Origin: Desulfatiglandales bacterium
GTDB lineage: Bacteria; Desulfobacterota; DSM-4660; Desulfatiglandales; Desulfatiglandaceae
Direction: 5' to 3'
DNA: 64,000 nucleotides
Assembly (NCBI GenBank): GCA_963662465.1
Contig: OY759599.1
Span: 4,512,001 to 4,576,000 of the forward strand
Of the stretch, positions 40,284-50,600 are shown piece by piece. The position numbers and the translations under genes were made by a program. Each line of letters begins with the position of its first letter. Position 1 is the first letter of the stretch. The notes beneath the pieces were generated by a model. It did no database searches. It saw only the letters and a list, made by a program, of their open reading frames with translations, and was not told where the DNA came from.

Positions 40284-40463
40284 TTAGTCTTTATATATAG
40301 TCAATTTTTCTGAAATAATACGATCAATATCCTTGGACACGGAATTCTTGGCCTTCAGCCTGGAGCCCATATTGATGACGCCAAAACCTTTTGATTTGAA
40401 TTCAGCACGTCTTTCCGCCGACCAAATTCCCGCAAAAGGAGCTGTACCTACATTTTTCTTCAT
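40284..40463 (-). CDS. Small hypothetical protein
   Basis: GGAGG RBS, in operon orientation. Confidence 0.5.
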   Translation of the reverse strand: MKKNVGTAPFAGIWSAERRAEFKSKGFGVINMGSRLKAKNSVSKDIDRIISEKLTIYKD

Positions 40464-40711
40464 ATTGTATACCTCCAATTAAGAAAATGTTTCCCCCCAA
40501 ACACACTGCCTGCAAGCGCTGATTGCCCCCTTGAACCATGAATGCCTCCTCTAAGACTTTTCAGGAATGCCTCGCAGGCACCATGGTTCTCTTTTGCAGC
40601 AGGCGCCATGCCTCCTTAAATTGCGAATACTTGCTTCTTGCCCGATCAGACTCGGACGACAGAGAAATGCTGCATTTTGGCATGGCCGTCTGAGGAGTAA
40701 TGAAATAGGTT

Positions 40712-41128
40712 TCATGACAATCCCGTTTCAAATCGTCGTTTTTTTTCAAGGGTCTTCAATTTTCCGTGATTTTCACCGTAGGCACATCCGTAAAGTTTTC
40801 GGTACACCTGCCGTGCATATTCCCTTGAAAAGCCGAAATAATCACCCGCATCAGTCAGGTTTTTTTCTGGATTTTCAATGGTTTCCTTAAACCTCATCAC
40901 GGCGCCCGGGCCGTATTTCCGATCAAAACGGCCCGGAAAACCTCTCGTGCGATCAAGGCCCAGCCGGCGCCGCAATAACCCGACATGATGGTGCTTCACA
41001 TGCAGCATATCCGCTACTTCATAATCCCAAGCGCCTTCCACCTCAATTTTTTGCCTCAATAAATTGTTAAGATCCCTTCCAAAATACGCTTTTGCGCGTT
41101 CATTTAGATCCGTTTTCGTCATAACCAT
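40712..41128 (-). CDS. Hypothetical HTH-like DNA-binding protein
   Basis: DYEVADML.V....VG..RRRLGL and LTDAGDYFGFSREYARQ; AGGAGG RBS. Confidence 0.6.
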   Translation of the reverse strand: MVMTKTDLNERAKAYFGRDLNNLLRQKIEVEGAWDYEVADMLHVKHHHVGLLRRRLGLDRTRGFPGRFDRKYGPGAVMRFKETIENPEKNLTDAGDYFGFSREYARQVYRKLYGCAYGENHGKLKTLEKKRRFETGLS

Positions 41129-41227
41129 TTCCCTCCTTTCATTCAAAACATTGAACCGAACAGAAATAGGGCGCCCATGGCTGAAAGGCACGAAATAAAC
41201 ACGGCCCACTCCAAAACCCGTGATGGT

Positions 41228-42496
41228 TCAGTTTCCCGATGCATAGACGCCCCCCCCCTTCCCGGTCAGGGCCTCGCCCACGGCGCTCAAACTGGCGCCG
41301 GCCAGCAGACGGACCGGCTTTTTATGCTTTTTCCCCAGCTTTTTAACCAGAGTGCAGGCCGCGTGGCTGTTGCAGGTCACGGGGCAAAGCACCATGTCGG
41401 CCCGCCTGACCCGGCTTTCAAGCGTTTTGGCGCCTTTTTGCATATAGCCGTCATGGTACTCAAAAATGCCGTTTTGCCCTTCGATGACATCCCGATACAG
41501 AGCTGCCATCTTTGTAAGTCCACCGACCATGAGAACTCGTCTCTTACAAAGGTCGTATGAAGGACAAGTTTTGTCACAACGTTCGGCCCGAAACGGCGCA
41601 TGCACCAGCATTTTCAATTCCCGTTTCAGGGAAATACCGGCCGCCTTTTCCTTGTTAAGGGCATCGGAAAGCTGCCGGTTTTTCCGGATAAACACCGCCA
41701 ACATGGCGTCCTTTTCCTTCATGGCCTTGCTGTAATGCGATAAATCCCACCCCATGCACTTTTTTTCCCTTTCCGGGGCATGGCTTGCAATTTTGGATTT
41801 CTCTTTTGAAAGCAGCTGGTTCAATTGGTTGATATCCTCTTCCCGGACGGCCAGCTGCCTGCGCAAATCATCCCCATCCCGCTGTAGTTTCGCATTTTCT
41901 TTTTGCAGATTTCTCCGGGTCCGAACAGCTTCATTTGCCTTTACGTTCATTTTGACGGCCTCTTCCCGGTAAAAGGCCAATTGCTGCTTTATGCGGGCGA
42001 TGTGTTCCACGTTTTTGTGCATGGCCATATGGATGTCTCCAAAAATCAGGCCCCTGGATTCGGCGGAAAGATCAGGCTTCGTGGCGGCGGCCCAGAAAAC
42101 CCCGGCGAATTCGCCGCCGAAAAAACAGGACGCCCAGTGCCCCATAAAGACCTTTTCATTCAACTTCAACAAAGGCTCGATCTCCGCACAGTACTTTCGG
42201 TTCATCCGCCGATCCACTTGCCTGGATAAGCGGTTTTCATTTTCGGAACACCCCACCAGAATCTCATGAATTTCAAACGGGCTCTTCCCTTTGAAAGAAA
42301 CTCCCGCCTTTTTGAGTATCTGCTTCTGTTCCGAAAGGGTAAGACATATGCCCACCGCCGGACACTTGAAAAACGATTCGATTTCCCAGAACTTGAGTAT
42401 GGAAAGACATCCGGAATCCGGTTTTTCATCAAGGGGGTTGCAAAGTTTTTTCATGGCCTTGACATAAGGTTTTCGAATTTTCATGCTTTTCATCAA
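41228..42496 (-). CDS. DUF2325 domain protein
   Basis: CPAVGICL, central coiled coil, C-terminal VLMVGG...HDG...ADMVLCPVTCNSHAAC..VKKL.K. Confidence 0.85.
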   Translation of the reverse strand: MMKSMKIRKPYVKAMKKLCNPLDEKPDSGCLSILKFWEIESFFKCPAVGICLTLSEQKQILKKAGVSFKGKSPFEIHEILVGCSENENRLSRQVDRRMNRKYCAEIEPLLKLNEKVFMGHWASCFFGGEFAGVFWAAATKPDLSAESRGLIFGDIHMAMHKNVEHIARIKQQLAFYREEAVKMNVKANEAVRTRRNLQKENAKLQRDGDDLRRQLAVREEDINQLNQLLSKEKSKIASHAPEREKKCMGWDLSHYSKAMKEKDAMLAVFIRKNRQLSDALNKEKAAGISLKRELKMLVHAPFRAERCDKTCPSYDLCKRRVLMVGGLTKMAALYRDVIEGQNGIFEYHDGYMQKGAKTLESRVRRADMVLCPVTCNSHAACTLVKKLGKKHKKPVRLLAGASLSAVGEALTGKGGGVYASGN

Positions 42497-42514
42497 CAGA
42501 CCCTCCCTTTCTTT

Positions 42515-42844
42515 TTACCGATCGAAATCGATCAGTGCTTTGGTAAGCTTCCTGCGGAGCATCTCCAGCCGTTTGGATTTAAAGGCTTTTCGACTTTCCT
42601 CCAAAACCTCTATGGCTTCCAGAAGCGCCTCCCTCAGCAACTTTTCCCGGGATTGGGGAGAATTCAGGCAAAAGATCGTTTCCTTTTGCAAGTCTTTTTC
42701 CCCTGGCCCGCGGATGGAAGCCATCACGTCAAGATGGGACAGAACGGCAACGTACAAAGCCTGTATGCTTCGGTCAACGGCCTTCAGGGATTCCGCATCC
42801 TTTATCAGCCCTTCATATTTTATAGTTCTATATAAGTTAGACAT
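42515..42844 (-). CDS. Hypothetical protein
   Basis: Ends AIEVLEESRKAFKSKRLEMLRRKL; start uncertain and overlapped by the operator palindrome. Confidence 0.65.
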   Translation of the reverse strand: MSNLYRTIKYEGLIKDAESLKAVDRSIQALYVAVLSHLDVMASIRGPGEKDLQKETIFCLNSPQSREKLLREALLEAIEVLEESRKAFKSKRLEMLRRKLTKALIDFDR

Positions 42845-42852
42845 AGCTAACT
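42835..42852. promoter_or_regulatory. Palindromic operator with perfect arms, putative DtxR/IdeR box
   Basis: AGTTAG-ACATAG-CTAACT. Confidence 0.7.
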
Positions 42853-42953
42853 ACAACCCCCAAAAAAATTCCCGGCCCCGACCATCAATCCATCAGGGGG
42901 GAAAACTACGGTTTAAGCCAAACGTATTTTAACGATGCGCACCTTAGGCATCT

Positions 42954-43514
42954 TTAATTTTCAGACGATGTTCCCTCCTTTAACCCATGGGTCCGTTTGC
43001 TAAATTCACAGGAAAACGCTTCCGATTGGAGAACACATTTTTCAGCCGTCCAGTCATCACGTCGATATTCCGCAAAATGATCGAGCCAGTTTTCTCCTAC
43101 CCGAGGACATACCTGTATAAAGGCCATAAAATCCGTTAAACTGTCCAGGGTTTCGGCGCTCAGGGAATGCTCCATCTTACAGGCCTCTTCATCGGCTGTT
43201 TTGTCGTCAACTTTCAGAATTTCGGTGAGGAACCGAGCCAAAATGCCGTGTCTTCGCCTCATTTCACGTCCCACCTCAGCCCCTTTTTGGGTCGGTTCCA
43301 CATACTCGTATTTTTCGTAATAAACCAACCCCCGCTTACTCAGGGTCTTGAGCATGCTGGTAACCGTAGGCATCTTTACGTTCAGCCGTTTGGCAATATC
43401 CTTTACCCGAACCACCTTTTTTTGGCGGTCCAAATCAAAGATGGTCTCCAGATAATCTTCCATGACGGAAGTCAGAGGTTTTTCCGCCGGTTGCTTTGTT
43501 TTTTCCTGCACCAT
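42954..43514 (-). CDS. DtxR/IdeR/MntR family metal-dependent repressor
   Basis: MEDYLETI, VRVKDIA..L.VKMPTVT, RRHGILARFL, EACKMEHSLS. Confidence 0.93.
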   Translation of the reverse strand: MVQEKTKQPAEKPLTSVMEDYLETIFDLDRQKKVVRVKDIAKRLNVKMPTVTSMLKTLSKRGLVYYEKYEYVEPTQKGAEVGREMRRRHGILARFLTEILKVDDKTADEEACKMEHSLSAETLDSLTDFMAFIQVCPRVGENWLDHFAEYRRDDWTAEKCVLQSEAFSCEFSKRTHGLKEGTSSEN

Positions 43515-43526
43515 CTCTACGCCTAA

Positions 43527-43544
43527 AGTTAGAAACCGCTAACA
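43527..43544. promoter_or_regulatory. Putative autoregulatory operator
   Basis: AGTTAG-AAACCG-CTAACA, 12 bp upstream of the regulator start codon. Confidence 0.65.
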
Positions 43545-43728
43545 CTACTTGAAGCCTTTTATCATTCAAACAAAAAGGATGTCAAGTTAATTTTTTAAAA
43601 AAATAGTTCAGACAGATACATCAAACTTGTTCAATGCCGGGATATTGGAGGAAATTTATTTTGAAAACTAATTTTCTGACGGAGCTTGTAAATATAAGCT
43701 CCCTAAATGTAATTAAATACCGTAATAA

Positions 43729-44436
43729 TTATATCCTCACGTAACATTTATTAACCCACTTTTCAGCGATAACACGAAATCGGTTCAAATCTTCTTCCTG
43801 GTAAAGGTTTTTTCTTTTTCCATCAAAAAAGTCCGGATAAAGGATTTCTCCAGGCACAAAGGGTTGAAGGACATATAAACGGGCGTTTTCAATGAGACGC
43901 GCGATTTTTTCAATCCCATTTGTCGTTATCATGGGTTTTGCGCAGGTGGTTCTAAATTCATAGGGCTTGCCGGAAGCCATAATCAATCGCATGCTGTCCA
44001 AAACCGGCTGCGGATCAACGCCTTTTTTAATGTAAACAGGGTAATTTTCGGGAAGGGTTTTGATGTCCATGGCAATATAATCCACCAGGCTTTTCTCAAT
44101 CAAGCCGGCCAGCACCTTTGGCCGGCTTCCGTTGGTATCCAGCTTGACGGGATAGCCCATTTGTTTGATGCGACGGCAGAACCTGACAAGATCACCATGA
44201 AGGGTCGGCTCGCCGCCGGATATAACCACGCCGCCCAGAAGGCCTTTTCGCCGATGGAGGAACGCCATGACTTCTTCTTCCGCGATTTGCCCCCGTTTTC
44301 CTTTTCCGGAAGGGATCACCAGAGACGGATTATGACAATAGGGACAACGAAAGTTGCAGCCGCGGGTGAATAAAACGCAACTCACAAGGCCAGGGTAGTC
44401 AATCAGGGAACTTTTTTGAATGCCCGCGACAATCAT
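43729..44436 (-). CDS. nrdG: Anaerobic ribonucleotide reductase activating radical SAM protein
   Basis: SLIDYPG, GCNFRCPYCHNP, SGGEPT, KLDTNG; follows nrdD. Confidence 0.92.
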   Translation of the reverse strand: MIVAGIQKSSLIDYPGLVSCVLFTRGCNFRCPYCHNPSLVIPSGKGKRGQIAEEEVMAFLHRRKGLLGGVVISGGEPTLHGDLVRFCRRIKQMGYPVKLDTNGSRPKVLAGLIEKSLVDYIAMDIKTLPENYPVYIKKGVDPQPVLDSMRLIMASGKPYEFRTTCAKPMITTNGIEKIARLIENARLYVLQPFVPGEILYPDFFDGKRKNLYQEEDLNRFRVIAEKWVNKCYVRI

Positions 44437-44452
44437 GGATCAATGCCAAACA

Positions 44453-46546
44453 TTATGAGGCCAGTTTAAAAGATTTTCGAAGTCCGAATTCCGCTTGTTT
44501 TCCGGGATTCCATTGCTTGATGGGCCGCAGATATCCCACGACCCTCGAATACACTTCCGTTTCCCTGTTGCAACGAGGACACAGGGGTTGACGCCCTTTC
44601 AAATAACCGTGGGAAGGGCATACGCTGAAGGTGGGGGTCAAGGTAAAATAGGGAAGCTTGAAGCGGTCGGAGATTTTTTTAACCAAATCTTTCATGACCG
44701 CCATGTCGCTGATTTTTTCACCCAGATAGACATGAAGCACCGTTCCCCCGGTATAGCGCGTCTGCAGTTCGTCCTGCAGTTCCAGGGTTTCAAAAATATC
44801 ATCCGTATAGTTGACCGGCAACTGGGTGGAATTGGTGTAAAAAGGATCTCCCCCGCCCTCAACCAAGCCTTCATTTGCACAGGCGATATTCGGATACGCC
44901 CGTTTATCCAGCATGGCGAGCCGATAGCTGGTTCCTTCCGCGGGCGTGGCTTCCAGGTTGAAGATATCGCCGGTTTCCGTTTGAAATCGACTGAGCATAT
45001 CTCGAATGAAATCGAGTGTTTCAATAGAAAAAGCCCGTCCCGATTCACTACCAATGTCTTCTCCCATAAAATTCAGGCAGGCTTCATTCATGCCGATAAT
45101 GCCGATGGTGGAAAAATGGTTTTTCCAGTAAAGGCCGGTTCCCGTTTTGATATCCCGCAAATAGAATTTTGAGTAGGGATAGAGATTCTGCTCCGTGAAC
45201 TTTTCAAGGATTTTCCGTTTGATGGAAAGACTGTCCCTGGCCAGAAGCACCAGGTTTTCCAGCCGCTCAAAGAATTCGGTTCGGGTATGCGCCAGATAGC
45301 CGATGCGAGGCATGTTAAGGGTCACTACCCCGATGGAACCGGTGAGTGGATTGGCGCCGAAAAGACCGCCGCCCCGTTTTAGAAGCTCTCGGTTATCCAG
45401 CCGCAACCGGCAGCACATGGAGCGGGCGTCTTCGGGGGACATCTCGGAATTGACAAAATTGGAAAAATAGGGAATCCCATATTTCCCGGTCATTTTCCAT
45501 ACCATGTCCAGGTTGGGGTTATGCCAATCGAAATCGGGAGTGATGTTGTAGGTGGGAATGGGGAAGGTGAAAACCCGGCCGCGGGCATCTCCTTCCATCA
45601 TGACTTCGGCAAATGCCCGGTTGATCATGTCCATTTCGGGCTGAAATTCTCCGTAATGAGCCTCCCGTTCCTTCCCTGCAATGACAACCGGCAAATTCTT
45701 CAGGGTGGCCGGGGGATTCAAGTCCATGGTGATGTTGGTAAAAGGCGTCTGAAAACCAACCCTTGTGGGAATATTGATGTTAAAAACAAATTCCTGCAGG
45801 GCCTGCTTGACGTCCGAATAGGCTAAGCCGTCATGGCGAACCAGAGGCGACAGCAGGGTATCGAAATTGGAAACTGCTTGAGCGCCCGCGGCTTCTCCCT
45901 GCAATGTATAGAAAAAATTTACGATTTGCCCCAAAGCCGCCCGAAAATGGCGCGGGGGGCGGCTTTCCACTTTGCCTTCAACCCCCTTAAATCCCTGCTT
46001 GAGAAGGTCTTGAAGGTCCCATCCCACACAGTAAACAGAAAGCAGACTGAGATCATGAATGTGAAAATCACCCCGCTTGTGGGCATTTCGAATGGTAGGG
46101 GGATAGATGCGGTGAAGCCAGTATTCTGAAGTGACCTCCGAGGATATGAAATTGTTCAACCCTTGAAGGGAATAGCACATATTGCTGTTTTCCTTCACCT
46201 TCCAGTCCAGGTGATTAACATAATGTTCCACCAGGTCGCAATTGGCGCCGGTGGCGATATTTCGAATCTGAGCATGCTGCTCCCGGTAGAGGATATAGGC
46301 TTTGGCCGCTTCATAAAATGGAGAATCGAGCAATACCCGCTCCACCACATCCTGGATTTCCTCCACTTCGGGAATGTTGCCCATCCCCAACTCATGGGCA
46401 AGCGTCAGTACTCTCAACGTCAACCGTCTGGATTCCCACTCCTGGAAGTCGCCGGTGGCTTTCCCGGCTTTGGCGATGGCGCCGGTAATTTTGGATGAAT
46501 CAAATTTAACAATTCTACCATCACGTTTCTTAATGGTTTCAAACAT
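44453..46546 (-). CDS. nrdD: Class III ribonucleoside-triphosphate reductase
   Basis: ATP cone (IKKRDGR), RSMCCRL, EATPAEG, CPSH...CPRC, YSRVVGYLRP glycyl-radical motif. Confidence 0.95.
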   Translation of the reverse strand: MFETIKKRDGRIVKFDSSKITGAIAKAGKATGDFQEWESRRLTLRVLTLAHELGMGNIPEVEEIQDVVERVLLDSPFYEAAKAYILYREQHAQIRNIATGANCDLVEHYVNHLDWKVKENSNMCYSLQGLNNFISSEVTSEYWLHRIYPPTIRNAHKRGDFHIHDLSLLSVYCVGWDLQDLLKQGFKGVEGKVESRPPRHFRAALGQIVNFFYTLQGEAAGAQAVSNFDTLLSPLVRHDGLAYSDVKQALQEFVFNINIPTRVGFQTPFTNITMDLNPPATLKNLPVVIAGKEREAHYGEFQPEMDMINRAFAEVMMEGDARGRVFTFPIPTYNITPDFDWHNPNLDMVWKMTGKYGIPYFSNFVNSEMSPEDARSMCCRLRLDNRELLKRGGGLFGANPLTGSIGVVTLNMPRIGYLAHTRTEFFERLENLVLLARDSLSIKRKILEKFTEQNLYPYSKFYLRDIKTGTGLYWKNHFSTIGIIGMNEACLNFMGEDIGSESGRAFSIETLDFIRDMLSRFQTETGDIFNLEATPAEGTSYRLAMLDKRAYPNIACANEGLVEGGGDPFYTNSTQLPVNYTDDIFETLELQDELQTRYTGGTVLHVYLGEKISDMAVMKDLVKKISDRFKLPYFTLTPTFSVCPSHGYLKGRQPLCPRCNRETEVYSRVVGYLRPIKQWNPGKQAEFGLRKSFKLAS

Positions 46547-46692
46547 GTATACCTCCTTTTTTTAATCCGTGCCTAGTGAAACATGATGACTTAAACCCTG
46601 TTTAAAAATTATCTCGTCGCGAGGTTGAGCGAGGTTTTCGAGGGCAAGAAAGCGATAAAATCCTTTCCCCTTATGGGGTTGTCCAAAAATCA

Positions 46693-46726
46693 TGTCCGGG
46701 CTTGGAAAAACTCACAAGCCCGGACA
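46693..46726. other. Perfect 12-bp stem-loop upstream of nrdD
   Basis: TGTCCGGGCTTG-N10-CAAGCCCGGACA. Confidence 0.6.
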
Positions 46727-46907
46727 CGCTGAAAATATTAGCGGAACAATCAGCTGATTAAAAAATTCAGTGAACCAGCCGGCTTTCAAGATTCATTATA
46801 GTTCAAAGTTTTTTGCCTCAATGCTGAAAACTTCCAAAAGGCCTTTCACATTTTTTCCCAGAATCATTTGATTAACTCCCGCTTATAGATCATTTGAATT
46901 GGGTCAT

Positions 46908-47168
46908 TTATCCACATAATCGGAGGCTTCTATTTTTCATTTGAAGGCCGCCCGCGGCGTTGATTTCCCCGACCATGCAGATAATACGCTGCATGCCTTT
47001 TACCGTGAGCGCCCACCAGGCATCGGCAATGTCAAAATGCCCATCGTTTTTAGCCACCACCTCCACACGATCCGTCTTCGGCTCGATTTTCCTGATTTCC
47101 GTTCCAATGTCGGTGGTTTCCCGTATAAGGTTTTCACCGACCACGTAAAGAATAACGCCCGTCTTCAT
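46908..47168 (-). CDS. Small hypothetical protein, first gene after the cobalamin riboswitch
   Basis: 86 aa with GGAGG RBS. Confidence 0.7.
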   Translation of the reverse strand: MKTGVILYVVGENLIRETTDIGTEIRKIEPKTDRVEVVAKNDGHFDIADAWWALTVKGMQRIICMVGEINAAGGLQMKNRSLRLCG

Positions 47169-47226
47169 AACATTCCCTCCCTAAATTAAAGACCTGAAAA
47201 AGCATCGGCAAAACTCAGCCGCCCAT

Positions 47227-47262
47227 AAAAAAAGCCCTTCAAGCCTAATGACTTGAAGGGCT
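47227..47262 (-). terminator. Intrinsic terminator (riboswitch expression platform)
   Basis: AGCCCTTCAAG-loop-CTTGAAGGGCT followed by a U-run on the minus strand. Confidence 0.8.
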
Positions 47263-47330
47263 GCACCCAGTTTCTTGGCCCTTTTTATATTGTGCCGAAA
47301 CTCCGTAACACCGCAGAGTTCAAACATAAC

Positions 47331-47495
47331 GCAGGCAGGTCTTCTGGCTCTCGGATCAACCTAATCTCCACACCTTCCCATTCCGATTTATCGAAACAGT
47401 GGCATTCGTGGATTTCGTCCCCGATCACAGCGGCGGGACCGCTCCCGGTTTTCACGGGATTCCCTATTAAGCCCTAAAAGGCACCTTGTTTTCTT
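47331..47495 (-). ncRNA. Cobalamin (AdoCbl) riboswitch
   Basis: Minus strand AGGTGCC...AATAGGGAA.CCCGTGAAAACCGGG.GCGG.CCCGCCGCTGT...GCCACTG...GGGAAGG...GAGCCAGAAGACCTGCC (B12 box). Confidence 0.95.
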
Positions 47496-47567
47496 TTATT
47501 CGAGATCTTCAGGAATTGTCAAGCGCTTAATTGCAGGATAGGGACGCATCGGCGTCCGTCGAAGCGT

Positions 47568-47598
47568 CCCCGATCCTCTCAGGCCCCGGAGAGAGTTA
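47568..47598. repeat. Extragenic repeat, copy 2
   Basis: Matches 34025-34055; 3' arm of the hairpin at 47535-47577. Confidence 0.6.
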
Positions 47599-47679
47599 AG
47601 TGAAATAATAGCATTGACAGGGTATTTGACTTGTGATTAAAAACCATCAGTCGATTCGCTGCCGTTATGGAGGTCAATT

Positions 47680-50600
47680 TTGCCGGAAAAACATCAACCC
47701 CTGTTCAGCACCGCCTATCTTCGTTCCATCTGGGCAAAGGACTATGAAACCTTTAAAGGCTCTCCAGAAGCGGAAGCCCTTCATGTCCGACTGAAAACCT
47801 GGGCCAACAAAGACTGGCAAAAAGAGACCACATCGGAAGCAGCGTTCATCCATCTGTTTTTCAAGCAAACCTGGGGCTATTGCGCCAGCGGAGAAAGCGA
47901 AAGGGATTACGGCTACACCCTCCAGCAACAATTTCCCGTCAAGGGCGCCGGGCAGAGAGGCAGCACGGGCGCGGCCGACGTGGCGCTGGGTTGCTTCGGC
48001 CGGGATGACATGGCGGAAGTCCCCCAAGTGCTGGGCGAATTCAAGGATGATCGCTCCGGGCTTGACAAACCCCAAACAAGCCGTCCCAACGCCCGCTCGC
48101 CCGTTGACCAGTGTCTCGACTATCTTCGCGAGTCCCGGACAGGCCTGATTTCCCCGATTCTGCCGACCTGGGGGTTTGCAACGGACATGAACGAATTCAG
48201 GCTCTATGTTTACGGCAACAAGGCGCAATACCAACGTTTTGTCATCAAACCCGAAGAGGGCGACCTGGCTGTTTCCCTTCTGGGGGACGGCGCGGAAGCT
48301 TTATTTCAGCGGTTTCTCTTCTACCGCACCCTTCATGCTGACTGGCTGCTGACCACCGGTGGAAAATCACGACTCGAAAAACTCTTGGGCGAACAGATCA
48401 CCCATGAACAAGTTTTGGAGAACGAGTTTTACGGTGAATACCACGCTTTTCGCGAAACACTTTATCAGGCGTTGCGCGAACACAATCCGCAATACGATCA
48501 GGAGGGTCGATTGCGCCGGCTGGTCAAATTTACACAGCGAATCCTTGACCGCTGCCTGTTCATCCTTTATTGCGAGGACATGGGCCGCGAGTTGGGCTTT
48601 CCACCCAATGTTCTGCGCGACGTGTTAATCGAGGTGGGGGCGAGCAAGTTCTACAATCCGGAATCCAATCAAGCCTGGAACATGCTCAAGCAGTTGTTCG
48701 CCGCCATGCGGGAAGGTTCGCCCTTCGGCGCGGACCGTATCAATAAATTCAACGGCGGGCTGTTTGCGAAAGACCCGGGAATGGACATCCTGAAAATTCC
48801 GAACCGTGTTTTTTGTGAGCAGAACCAGGGGCAGAGTACCCAAAGACTTCTGCGGTATCCCAAAACCCTGCTTTATTTCTCGGCCAAGTACAACTTCGGG
48901 ACAGCGGATGACGGTGCGGGACGTACGCTTACCCTCACCGCCCTGGGCCGAATCTTTGAGCAGAGCATCACCGACCTGGAAGTAATGGAAGCCCACGCCG
49001 AGGGCCGGGAATCTCTGACCGAAATCACCAAGCGCAAGCGCGACGGGGTGTATTACACGCCGGAGTGGGTAACCCATTATATCGTCGAGGAGACTGTGGG
49101 CGCCCGGCTGTGTGAAATCCGCAAAGAACTTGGCCTCGACAAGTTCTCGACTGTGAGCAATGAACAGATCGAAGCGTACCGCAAAGATGGCCGTTCCGCC
49201 AAGATAGTTGGTGAATATGAAAAGGGCTTGCGGCAATACCGCCAACGGCTGGACGAATTGAGGGTCGTGGACCCAGCCTGCGGCTCGGGCGCCTTTTTGA
49301 TTCAGGCATTCAAGTATCTCTACGAAGAACGGCAATGGATCGCCAAAGAGTCGGAGCGCATAACCGGCGTTATGGGACTTTTTGACACCCATTCCGCCAT
49401 GCGCGCCGTACTTTCGAAAAACATCTATGGCACGGACATCAACGCCGAGTCGGTGGAGATCACACGGCTGGCCCTCTGGCTGCATACGGCCCTGCCGGAT
49501 CAACCGCTCACCTCCCTGGACCGGAACATCCGCTGTGGAAACAGTCTGATCGGGCATGATTTCTACCGCCAGGCAAGCATCAACCGAGACCTGTTCGGCG
49601 AAGATGAACAGGAACGCGTCAATACCTTCGATTGGGAAGAGGCCTTCCCGGAAGTCTATGAACGCGAAAGCTCCGGCTTTGATTGCGTTATCGGCAATCC
49701 GCCGTATGTCAAACTGCAAAATTTTCGCAAAATGCAGGAAGATGTGGCAGGATACCTGATAAAAGCCAGGGCCGAAAACGGCGGGCCATTGTATGAAAGC
49801 ACGCAAACGGGCAACTTCGACATGTACCTACCCTTCATCGAACGTGGGATTGAATTGCTAAATTCGAAGGGGAAAATGGGATATATTGCCCCAAATGTTT
49901 GGATGGTAAACGAATATGGCAAAGGTCTGCGGCAAAAGCTCAAACGAACACGCAGTCTGGACCGTTGGATTGACTTTAAGAGCTTCCAGGTGTTTGATGA
50001 AGCGATTACCTACACCGCCTTGCAGTTTTTCACCGGCTCCGGCCAGGACCGCATCCGTTGTGTGTTCGCGCCCGAAGGAAAAGAAGGCATCGCCTCTATA
50101 GATTGGCGCGAAGTGAAGGATGCTGTTTTTTTCTATGACTTGCCGGAGAAAGATAGCTGGCAATTGATTCCAGCAAAAGAGAAAAAACTGATGGCATCGC
50201 TTTCATTAAAAAATGAGCTACTTGGTTCGATAGCCGAATCCATTTCGCAGGGATTGATTTCAGGTGCCTTTTGGATATTCGCAAACGAGAGGCTATCGGA
50301 GGGAAAATATCTGCACTCTCCAAAACAGCAAGTTCGGAAAAGCTCCCCTCATGAAATTGAAGTCGAAGAAATGATAACACTCAGATTGGCGACTGGCGAC
50401 CATATCAAACGCTATCAGTCAGTAAAAACGGAATTAGGAATCATCTTTCCATACACAAAAGGCGGCAAAGCAAAGTTGTATGAACCTTACGTTATGGAGC
50501 GAGATTTCCCTAAAGCATTTGAATTCCTATTAATATATGAAGAATTCTTACGCCAAAGAGATGGCGGAAAACTGAATGACGAACACTGGTATCGCTATAG

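Noticed and set aside
46560..46900. NrdR box or small gene upstream of nrdD
   Set aside because: No convincing NrdR consensus; only a 23-codon ORF without support.
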